From Nocardiopsis sp. NRRL B-16309 (GTDB taxonomy: Bacteria > Actinomycetota > Actinomycetes > Streptosporangiales > Streptosporangiaceae), in NCBI RefSeq assembly GCF_001279585.1, contig NZ_LGEC01000103.1, positions 22,925-86,924 of the forward strand: 64,000 nt of DNA, given 5' to 3'. Positions 52,324 to 59,980 of this stretch are shown here, in pieces; position 1 is the stretch's first letter; the number at the start of each line of letters is the position of its first letter. The notes below the pieces were generated by a model. The model did no database searches. It saw only the letters and a list, made by a program, of their open reading frames with translations, and was not told the DNA's origin. The translations under genes and the position numbers were made by a program.

Positions 52324-54408
52324 ATGTTCCCCCTGCACCCGCACGATCCGCCGTCCGTCGGCCCCTACCGCCTGCGCGCCCGGCTGGGCGAGGACGCCTG
52401 CGCGCGCGTCTACCTCGGCTCGGCCGCCGACCGGGATCCGGTGGCGGTCCGGGTCGTGCGGCCGGAGTACGCCACCGACCCCGACTTCCGCGCGGCCTTC
52501 GCGCACCTGGTCCAGGGCGCGAACGCGTCGGGCAGCGCGTACGTGTGCCGGGTGCGGGACGCCGACCTGCGCGGCGCGGTCCCCTGGGCGGCCGTGTCCC
52601 GTCCCCTCGGACCGACCCTGTCCGGCCTGATCGGTGCGCACGGCCCGCTGCCCGCGGACGCCCTGCACACGCTCGCCCTGGCCCTCGCCCAGGCGCTGGC
52701 CGACCTGCACGCCGCGCGTCGGGTGCACGGATCGCTGTGGCCGGACGGGGTCCTGGTGACGCGGGAGGGCGCTCTGCTCGCCGACGCCGGGCTGGACCGA
52801 GCGGCGGGCGGAGTCGAGGAGCGGGCGCCGCACCCGTCGTTCGCCGCGCCCGAGGGCGGCGCGTCCGCCGCCACGGACGTGTTCTCGTGGGCGGCGACCC
52901 TGTCGCAGGCGGCCGGCGGCGTCGAGGGGCCCGCCGGGCTTCCCCGCGTGCCGCTCCAGCTGCGCGGACTGGTCGACACCTGCCTCAAGCGCAGCCCCTC
53001 GCTGCGTCCCAGCGCGGCCGACCTGGTCCGCATGCTCGGCGGACCCGTCGAACCGCCGCCCTGGCCGCCCGCCGTGCCGCCCGCCGTGGAGGCGGTCGCC
53101 GCGGAGCAGCGGCGAATCCTGGAGTCGGCCGCCACCGACGGCGCTTCCACCGCTGACGGCGCGTCGGACACCGACGACGCGTCCGCCACCGAAGGGGAGG
53201 CGGGCGGGCGGCGGAGCCCGCGCGGGACGCGCGGCCTGCGGCTCCTGCCGCTGGCCGCCGGAGGGCTGGCGCTCGTGCTCGTCGCGGGGGCCGGGGCCTA
53301 CTGGGCGTCCGCCCGCTCGGGTACGGACGGTTCCGAGGAGCCCGCCGGGCCGGACGGGATGATCACCGACGCGGGCTGCCTGGAGGACCGCGGCTACCCG
53401 GTCCCGGACGGGGAGGTGGACGGGGCGGCGGCCGAGGCCTCCGCGACGGCCTTCAGCCCCGACGGGGACGTCCTCGCGGTCGCCACCGACGAGTACGGGC
53501 TCATGGTGTGGGACTGGCGCACCGGCGAGGAGGTGGCGCGCCCGGCGGCACGGACCGACGCCCTGGTGCCTCCGGTGTTCGCGCCGATCGGGTGCATGGT
53601 CGCGGCTCCGGCCCCGGTCGAGTACCCCGGCGAGGAGGTCCCGGTCCAGGTCGCGCACACCTACGACCTGCCGTCGGGGACCACGACCGAGCACCTGGGC
53701 CCGCAGCGGGGGCCGGACACGCCCGAGGGCGGCTGGTCGACCGAGCCGCGAGCGGTGCGGGGCCTGGCGTTCAGCCCGGACGGGTCGCTGCTCGCGATCG
53801 GGCTGGAGGGGCCGCTCGGGGCGATCGAGGCGGACAACGTGGGCCTGCTCGACACCACCGGCGGCGGGGAGGAGGCCTCGATCACCGGCTCCGGAGCGTA
53901 CGGCATGGCGTTCCCCGACGACGGCCGCCTCGTCAGCGCGACCTCCGACACGGTGACCGTGTGGGACGTCGGGACGGGCGAGGAGCTGCACCGGGTGCGC
54001 GGCACCACGAGGGCGTCCTTCGCGGCGATCCCCGGCACCGACGAGATCGTCTACGCCGCCGGCGACCGCCTCGTGCGGTGGGACTACGCCGAGCGGGAGC
54101 CGCTGGGCGAGTTCCCGATGCCCGAGCTCGCCGACGCCGGGCCCTCGACCGGGGTCGTCGCCGTGGACCCCGGGCGGTCCCGGCTCTTCGTCAGCGCGCG
54201 GGTGGTCGAGGACGACGAGTACGTCGACGCGAGCCGGGTGTGGGACCTGGACACGGGCGAGGAGGCCGTCGGCGGGGACGGGGAGCGGGTGCGGTTCAGG
54301 CACGTGTCCTTCCATCCCGACGGGGAGGTCCTGGCGATGGTCACCTCGGAGGGCAGGGTGGTCATCGCCGACGCGGAGACGCTGGAGGCCGGGGACCCGC
54401 TGTTCTGA
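52324..54408 (+). CDS. Ser/Thr pseudokinase - TM - WD40-like beta-propeller (paralog 4)
   Basis: The Gly-loop is degenerate (LGEDACARV), beta3 Lys is Arg (VAVRVVR), no HRD motif (RVHGSLWPDG) and DFG is DAG. Propeller repeats include TAFSPDGDVLAVAT and LAFSPDGSLLAIG. Confidence 0.85.
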   Translation: MFPLHPHDPPSVGPYRLRARLGEDACARVYLGSAADRDPVAVRVVRPEYATDPDFRAAFAHLVQGANASGSAYVCRVRDADLRGAVPWAAVSRPLGPTLSGLIGAHGPLPADALHTLALALAQALADLHAARRVHGSLWPDGVLVTREGALLADAGLDRAAGGVEERAPHPSFAAPEGGASAATDVFSWAATLSQAAGGVEGPAGLPRVPLQLRGLVDTCLKRSPSLRPSAADLVRMLGGPVEPPPWPPAVPPAVEAVAAEQRRILESAATDGASTADGASDTDDASATEGEAGGRRSPRGTRGLRLLPLAAGGLALVLVAGAGAYWASARSGTDGSEEPAGPDGMITDAGCLEDRGYPVPDGEVDGAAAEASATAFSPDGDVLAVATDEYGLMVWDWRTGEEVARPAARTDALVPPVFAPIGCMVAAPAPVEYPGEEVPVQVAHTYDLPSGTTTEHLGPQRGPDTPEGGWSTEPRAVRGLAFSPDGSLLAIGLEGPLGAIEADNVGLLDTTGGGEEASITGSGAYGMAFPDDGRLVSATSDTVTVWDVGTGEELHRVRGTTRASFAAIPGTDEIVYAAGDRLVRWDYAEREPLGEFPMPELADAGPSTGVVAVDPGRSRLFVSARVVEDDEYVDASRVWDLDTGEEAVGGDGERVRFRHVSFHPDGEVLAMVTSEGRVVIADAETLEAGDPLF

Positions 54409-54439
54409 GCACGGTTCCTCCCACGGGCGGGAGCGGCCG

Positions 54440-54725
54440 GGCACGCCCGGTGATCGGGAGTGGTGGGGAGCGGCCAGAGGACCCGGCGCGGGACCCGATC
54501 GGTGAACAGCCGGACCGGCCGGTGGCCGGTGGCCTGTGGCCTGTGGCCGGAAAGCGGCAGCGGGACCCGGTCGGCGAACGGCCGGGGCCTCCGTGCGGGG
54601 CCACGGCGGATGGTCGGGAGTGCTGGGGAACGGCCGGAGGACAGGGGTGCGGAACCCGGTCGGCGAACGGCTTCGGCCACCGGACCGCTCATGGCCGGTC
54701 GTGGCCGATCGTGGCCGGGCCCGCC
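54440..54725. repeat. repeat-rich intergenic DNA: two copies of an about 70-bp unit (about 80% identical) and (GGCCGGT/GGCCTGT)n microsatellite
   Basis: Copy A sits at 54450-54520 (gtgatcgggagtggtggggagcggccagaggacccggcgcgggacccgatcggtgaacagccgg) and copy B at 54609-54680. A partial copy lies at 54551-54590, and ggccggtggccggtggcctgtggcctgtggccgg at 54517-54550. Confidence 0.7.
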
Positions 54726-54790
54726 GGGGACGGGATCGCGGCCGATAGCGTAGGGCGACCGAGCCACGTCTGACGAGGAGACCCGGGACC

Positions 54791-55315
54791 ATGCTGAACT
54801 CCGTCACCCGACACGTCGGCGGGACGGGCGAGCCCGACCGCGCCCTCCGCAGCCCGGCGCTGGCCGCGCTCACCCGCCTGATCGAGACCGCGGGCGCGTC
54901 GGCCGGTTCCGCGTCCGCCTTCGGACCACCCGTCCGGTCCGGCGAGACCACGGTGATCCCGGTGGCGCGGGTCAGCCTCCTGGCCAGCATGGGCGGGGGG
55001 TCGAGCCGCGTCCCGCGCGGCGACGGGGCCGGCGGACTGGGCCTGGCCCGCGTCCGCCCCTCGGGGTACATCGTCCTCGACGGCTCGGGGACCTCCTTCC
55101 GCCCCATCCGCCAGCCCGCGGCGATGCTCGCCATCCCCCTCGCGGCGATCGCGGCCGTCGCGGCGACACGGATCGTCGGCGTGTCGGTGCGGGAGGCGCG
55201 CCGCCGCCGGAAGGTCGCGGCCCGCCAGGCCGCCGCCACCGCCGCCGTGACCGCCGCCGCGCCCGCTCACGCGGCCGGCTGTGCCGCGGAAGCGGTCACA
55301 GAGCCCGCGACGTAG
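54791..55315 (+). CDS. GerW/YtfJ family spore-associated protein
   Basis: Motifs GETTVIPVARVSLLASMGGG...GGLG...PSGYIVLDG match the YtfJ/GerW family pattern. Confidence 0.7.
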   Translation: MLNSVTRHVGGTGEPDRALRSPALAALTRLIETAGASAGSASAFGPPVRSGETTVIPVARVSLLASMGGGSSRVPRGDGAGGLGLARVRPSGYIVLDGSGTSFRPIRQPAAMLAIPLAAIAAVAATRIVGVSVREARRRRKVAARQAAATAAVTAAAPAHAAGCAAEAVTEPAT

Positions 55316-55988
55316 CGCTGGGCTCGGGTCCGGCCGCCGCGGGCGTTGGCCGGGCGGGGCCCCGGCGGGGACGCCGCCGGATGATCCACTCGGCCACGAC
55401 GATGTTGACCACCCAGCCCGCGCCCATGGCCAGCGCCCGGGTGGTCTCGGTGAACTCCCCGCCCAGCAGCATCAGCGGCAGGTGCGTGAACACCTGGGTC
55501 CCCGCGCCCTGACCGATGGCGTAGCCGCGGATGACCCAGGCGCGGTGCCGGGCGATGTCGCTGCGCCGCACCTCGACGTAGGCGAGGACCAGGGCCACGG
55601 CCATGGCCGAGCCGAACAGGATGCGCTGGGCGTACACGACGACGCCGTCCGGCGCGGGAACGTCGTAGGCGAACGTCATCCACAGGCCCGTCAGCGCCGA
55701 GACGATCCCGAGCGGGAGCATGATCCGGCCCGAGGCGCGGTGCCATCCGAGGTGGCGGCGGCGCAGGCCGGGCGAGAACTGGAAGGCGCCCACCACGCAG
55801 AAGACGGTCGCGCTGACGATGTGCAGCACCAGGGGAACGGGGTCGGTGAGGAACCGGGTGTTCTCGGGGGTGGGCGTCGCCCCGCCCGCGATCTCACCGA
55901 GGCGGACGGTTCCGGCGAGCGCCGGGACCGCGCTGAGCAGGATCAACGAGACCGGCACGAGCCAGTCCGCCCTGGAGGAGGACGTCAC
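55296..55988 (-). CDS. DUF2306-like integral membrane protein
   Basis: Five or six TM helices. GTG at 55988 chosen; the N-terminal Arg/Pro-rich part of the 336-aa ORF is probably noncoding. The 3' end overlaps the gerW-like gene convergently. Confidence 0.5.
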   Translation of the reverse strand: MTSSSRADWLVPVSLILLSAVPALAGTVRLGEIAGGATPTPENTRFLTDPVPLVLHIVSATVFCVVGAFQFSPGLRRRHLGWHRASGRIMLPLGIVSALTGLWMTFAYDVPAPDGVVVYAQRILFGSAMAVALVLAYVEVRRSDIARHRAWVIRGYAIGQGAGTQVFTHLPLMLLGGEFTETTRALAMGAGWVVNIVVAEWIIRRRPRRGPARPTPAAAGPEPSATSRAL

Positions 55989-56330
55989 GGAAGGGCCCCT
56001 TCGTCGCTTCGACCGACCGCGGAGCGGCCGCTGGGGCGGGGTCACCGTGTCGTGCTCCCGCCGTCGTCTCCGATCGTGGCGGTGGAGGCGGGTCCGGTTC
56101 ATCGGTCGACGGGCCCGAGCCGAATCGGCCGAAAGTACGGTACGCGGGCCGTCCCCGCGGTCGGCCGGTGGCCGAGTGCCCTCGTACCCGACGACGCGCG
56201 CCGGGCGCGGAGGCGGGTCCGGGGGCCGCTCCGCGTGCGACCGGCGGGCGCTCATCGGGGGCGGATCGGGCGCTCGCCGCCCGGCGGGGGCGGACCGGAG
56301 GCGCACGGGCGGGAGGAGCAGGGGCAGGGG

Positions 56331-56381
56331 CAGGTCCGCAGGTCCGCAGGGCCGCAGGTCCGCAGGTCCGCTCGGCGACAG
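56331..56381. repeat. 8-bp tandem repeat (CGCAGGTC)x5-6 just downstream of the response-regulator stop
   Basis: caggtccgcaggtccgcagggccgcaggtccgcaggtccgctc, seen directly. Confidence 0.8.
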
Positions 56382-56393
56382 CGCGGGGGCGGC

Positions 56394-57119
56394 TCAGCGT
56401 GCGGCGGAACCGCCGGGCCCGTTCCCGGGACCACGCCCGCTCCCACGCCCGTTCTCCCGCCCGTTCCCGGCCCGGACCCGGCGGGTCTCGTAGGCCCACA
56501 TCGCGATCTCGACGCGGTTGCGGGCACCGAGCTTGGCCATGAGGCTGGCGATGTGCGTCTTGACCGTGCTGAGCGTGATGTGGAAGTCGTCGGAGATCTC
56601 GCGGTTGGTCCGGCCCCGGGCCACGGCGGCCAGCACCTGTTCCTCGCGGTCCGTGAGCGCCTCGACCGGTTGCACGGGTGCGGCCGGCGCCGAGTCGGCG
56701 AACGCCCCGAGCAGGCGCACGGTGACGTTCGGGGCGATGAGCGCGTCGCCGTCGGCGGCGGCGCGGACGGCCTGCGCGAGCAGCGCCGGTCCCGCGTCCT
56801 TGAGCAGGAACCCCCGCGCTCCCGCCCCCAGCGCCGCGTACACGTACTCGTCGAGGTCGAAGACCGTGATGACGACGACCGCCATCGGATCCGCCACGCC
56901 GGGTCCCGCCAGCTCCCGGGTGGCCTCGATGCCGTCCAGCACGGGCATCCGGATGTCGAACAGGCACACGTCGGGCCGCAAGCGCCGCGCTAGCTCCACC
57001 GCCCGCCGCCCGTCCGCGGCCTGCCCGACGACCTCGATGCCCGGCTGGGCGTCGAGGATCATCGTCAGCCCGGTACGGACGATCTCCTGGTCGTCGGCCA
57101 CCACCACCCGGACGGTCAC
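56394..57119 (-). CDS. two-component response regulator, NarL/LuxR family
   Basis: REC domain (VVVADDQEIVRTGL...DVCLFDIRMP) plus LuxR HTH (LTDREEQVLAAVARGRTNREISDDFHITLSTVKTHIASLMAKLG). GTG at 57119 overlaps the kinase stop as GTGA. Confidence 0.9.
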   Translation of the reverse strand: MTVRVVVADDQEIVRTGLTMILDAQPGIEVVGQAADGRRAVELARRLRPDVCLFDIRMPVLDGIEATRELAGPGVADPMAVVVITVFDLDEYVYAALGAGARGFLLKDAGPALLAQAVRAAADGDALIAPNVTVRLLGAFADSAPAAPVQPVEALTDREEQVLAAVARGRTNREISDDFHITLSTVKTHIASLMAKLGARNRVEIAMWAYETRRVRAGNGRENGRGSGRGPGNGPGGSAAR

Positions 57120-58255
57120 TCCCGGGCCCCGTTCCTGGGCAGCACGGCCGTCACCGTCCAGCCCCGGCCGGGGTCCGGAGCGGCCGTGCACGTGCCGCCG
57201 AGCAGGTCGGCGCGCTCGGCCATCCCGATCAGCCCGTAGCCCGGAGCCGACGTCGGCCGCAGCGGCCCCGTGTCGCCGTCGTCGCGCACGCACAGGCGCA
57301 CCGACGTGTCGTCCGCTTCGACGCGCACGTCGATCCGGGTCGCGTCGCGGGCGTGCCGCCGGGCGTTGGTGACCGCCTCCTGGGCGAGCCGGTAGACCGC
57401 CGTCCCGAGCGACGGGGCCAGCCCGTCGACGTCGCCGGTGACCGCCACGTCCACCGCCGGACCGGGCCCCGCCGTCGCGGCGAGCGCGGCCAGGTCACCG
57501 ATCCCGGGACTGGGCTCCAGGTCCGCCGGACGGCCCCTGCGCAGCACGCGGACCATGGCGCGCATCTCGGCGAGGGCGCGCGAGGCCTCGGACTCGACCA
57601 CCGTGAGCGCCTCCACCGCCGCGCCCGGCCGCGACTCCGCCGTCGCCAGGCCCGCCTGTGCCCGGATCGCCACCGCTGACACGTGGTGGGCGACCGTGTC
57701 GTGCAGGTCGCGGGCCACGCTCTCCCGCTCCAGCATCCGGGCCTGTTCGAGTTCCCGGGCCCGGGACCCGGCCCGGTACCGCAGCGCCGTCCCCAGCGCC
57801 CCGGCCGCGCAGAGCACCGCCAGGCTCGGCGGCACGTCCGCGGCGGCGGTGTACCCCAGGGCGCTCCAGAGCACGGCCTTGCCCACGACCACCAGGGCCC
57901 CGGCCACGATCTCCCGCCCGGACGCCCAGCGGAACAGGGAGTACACCAGCACCAGCATGTACGCGATCGTGTACGTCTCGGTGGCCTCGCCGCCGGTGGC
58001 CAGCGGCACCAGGGCCGACACGGCGAACCCGGCCACGAGCACGGCCAGCGGGTGGGAGCGCCGCCACAGCAGCAGCGGCGCGAGCCCGGCGGTGACGGCC
58101 ACCCCGAGCACCCGCCAGGGCATGTCCGGCCGCAGGACCCCCTCCAGCAGGGCCGCCGCCACGAGCACCGCCACGAGCGCCCAGTCCCACCATCCGCGCG
58201 CGGGCGGACGGGGCGGGCGCGGCTCGTCCCACACCGATCGAAGGAGGTCGTGCAC
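57116..58255 (-). CDS. sensor histidine kinase (HisKA_3/HATPase_c), partner of the LuxR-type regulator
   Basis: Four N-terminal TM segments, H-box VARDLHDTVAHHVSAVAIRAQAG and ATP-lid GYGLIGMAERADLLGG. GTG start follows GAGGGGG. Confidence 0.9.
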   Translation of the reverse strand: MHDLLRSVWDEPRPPRPPARGWWDWALVAVLVAAALLEGVLRPDMPWRVLGVAVTAGLAPLLLWRRSHPLAVLVAGFAVSALVPLATGGEATETYTIAYMLVLVYSLFRWASGREIVAGALVVVGKAVLWSALGYTAAADVPPSLAVLCAAGALGTALRYRAGSRARELEQARMLERESVARDLHDTVAHHVSAVAIRAQAGLATAESRPGAAVEALTVVESEASRALAEMRAMVRVLRRGRPADLEPSPGIGDLAALAATAGPGPAVDVAVTGDVDGLAPSLGTAVYRLAQEAVTNARRHARDATRIDVRVEADDTSVRLCVRDDGDTGPLRPTSAPGYGLIGMAERADLLGGTCTAAPDPGRGWTVTAVLPRNGARE

Positions 58256-58332
58256 CCCCTCAGCCTACGAGGCCGCGCCCCGCCCCGGATCGGCCCAAAG
58301 TACGAGAGCCCGGAGAGCCGGGAGAGCCGGCC

Positions 58333-59673
58333 TCAGCTCGCACCGGTCATCCTGGCCACGAAGTCGAACAGGCCCATCGCCCAGGCGAAGACCGCGCACA
58401 TGGCGATGATGACGACGACCTCGGTCCAGTTGAGGACCCGCCGCAGGGACGCGCGGGGCACGTCGGCCAGGCGCACCCAGCTCAGGATCCCCGTCACCAT
58501 CCCCGCGAGCAGGGCCGCCACCGGCAGCCACGGTGACAGGAACCCGTACTCGCCGATGACCGCCACACCCGCCGCGCCCAGACCGAGCACGCCCGCCAGA
58601 CGCAGGGGGAGCACGTGCCGGATACGGTCGAAGAGGCGCGAGCGCAGCACGAGGAGAACGGCGAGCAGTCCGCACAGGATCAGGTCGGGAAGCCCCTGGG
58701 CCATGAACGCCAGCATCGCGGTCACCGCTCCGCCGCTCACCGCCACACCCATGACGATGCCCAGCAGCAACCGGTCGCTGTTGGAGTAGGTGTCCTCGAA
58801 CCTGTCCGTGGAGACCTGGCCGGAACGGCCCACCTCGTAGTCCAGCCCGGACAGCCCGCCCATCACCATCGCCACGCGCGGGAGCGCGCCGACGCACAGT
58901 GTCAGCGCGATCCCCATGGCCCGGACGCCCTGGGTCGGCTCGACGAAGAGCCCGACCAGCACCAGCACACCGGCGGCCACGGCGACCACGCCGAGACCGG
59001 CGATGTAGGCCAGCCCGGTCTCGTGCATCGCCCAGCCGATGACGGCCACCAGCAGTGCTCCCGACATCGCGAACGCGCCGACGACGAGCGGGGCCGCACT
59101 GGTCACGAGGCCGGCCGCGAGCACCGCGGTCAGCCCGCCCCACACACAGGCCGTCGCGAACAGGACGTGGGCGACCGCGGGCAGCGGCCTGCGGGCCGCC
59201 AGCAGCATGACCGCGACGGTGAACATGGTGCCCACGGCGGCCACACCGAGGTGGCCCACGGACGGGCTGAGCCACATCATCAGCCCGAGCATGAGAAGGG
59301 GGCCGATTCCGGCCACGAGAAGTCCGAAGGAGAGCGTGGTGGTGTGGTTCCACGTCCACGTCGTCTCGTCGACCCGGTCCTCGACCGCGCCACGGACGTC
59401 GTCCACGAACTCGGGGCGGCTCGGGGCGGTGCGACGGTTCAGGAGCAGGACGTCGCCGTCGTAGATCCCGGCGCTCTCCAGCGGCTCCTCCGGAGGCACG
59501 GGTCCGCCGTCGACGGTGCTGAGCGTCCAGGCCGCGGGCTCGCTGCTCGCCTCCTCCGGCGCGCAGACCTCGATGATGCGGGGCATCAGGGCCGCCACCG
59601 GCACCGTGCCCGGCAGGGCCAGATCCGCCCAGCGCTGCGGCCCTGTGACGGTGACCCGGCAGTATCCACTCAC
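58333..59673 (-). CDS. eccD: type VII secretion system integral membrane protein EccD
   Basis: N-terminal ubiquitin-like domain (CRVTVTGPQRWADLALPGTVPVAALMPRIIEVC...GIYDGDVLLL) followed by 11 TM helices. GTG start follows AAAGGAAC. Confidence 0.85.
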   Translation of the reverse strand: MSGYCRVTVTGPQRWADLALPGTVPVAALMPRIIEVCAPEEASSEPAAWTLSTVDGGPVPPEEPLESAGIYDGDVLLLNRRTAPSRPEFVDDVRGAVEDRVDETTWTWNHTTTLSFGLLVAGIGPLLMLGLMMWLSPSVGHLGVAAVGTMFTVAVMLLAARRPLPAVAHVLFATACVWGGLTAVLAAGLVTSAAPLVVGAFAMSGALLVAVIGWAMHETGLAYIAGLGVVAVAAGVLVLVGLFVEPTQGVRAMGIALTLCVGALPRVAMVMGGLSGLDYEVGRSGQVSTDRFEDTYSNSDRLLLGIVMGVAVSGGAVTAMLAFMAQGLPDLILCGLLAVLLVLRSRLFDRIRHVLPLRLAGVLGLGAAGVAVIGEYGFLSPWLPVAALLAGMVTGILSWVRLADVPRASLRRVLNWTEVVVIIAMCAVFAWAMGLFDFVARMTGAS

Positions 59674-59980
59674 GCCAATGGTTCCTTTGTCGTCGTTCGG
59701 GGGTTACGACCGCCCCGGCCTGCGGTCGCCGAGAATCAGGCGATGCGCCGTGTCCGCGAGGCTATCGCTACCGTGACAGGACGGGTACTGGCAGCCGTGG
59801 GCGAGCGGACCGCCCCGGGATCGCACTCATCGGGTTCCTCCGACCACTGCGTGGTGATGTGCGCCCCGAAGGCCGACTTCGACACCGATCACATGTTTCA
59901 CGGTGGTTGCGAGGCTACCCTTGGTGTAGCCCAGCACCCAGACACCAGCCCCCCACCAGGTGGACCGGAAAGAGAGCACC

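Noticed and set aside
47534-54790. CRISPR array possibility for the repeat-rich regions around the kinase genes
   Set aside because: The repeats are of irregular length and spacing, have no uniform spacer size and no cas genes nearby. They behave as dispersed or tandem degenerate repeats, not CRISPR.
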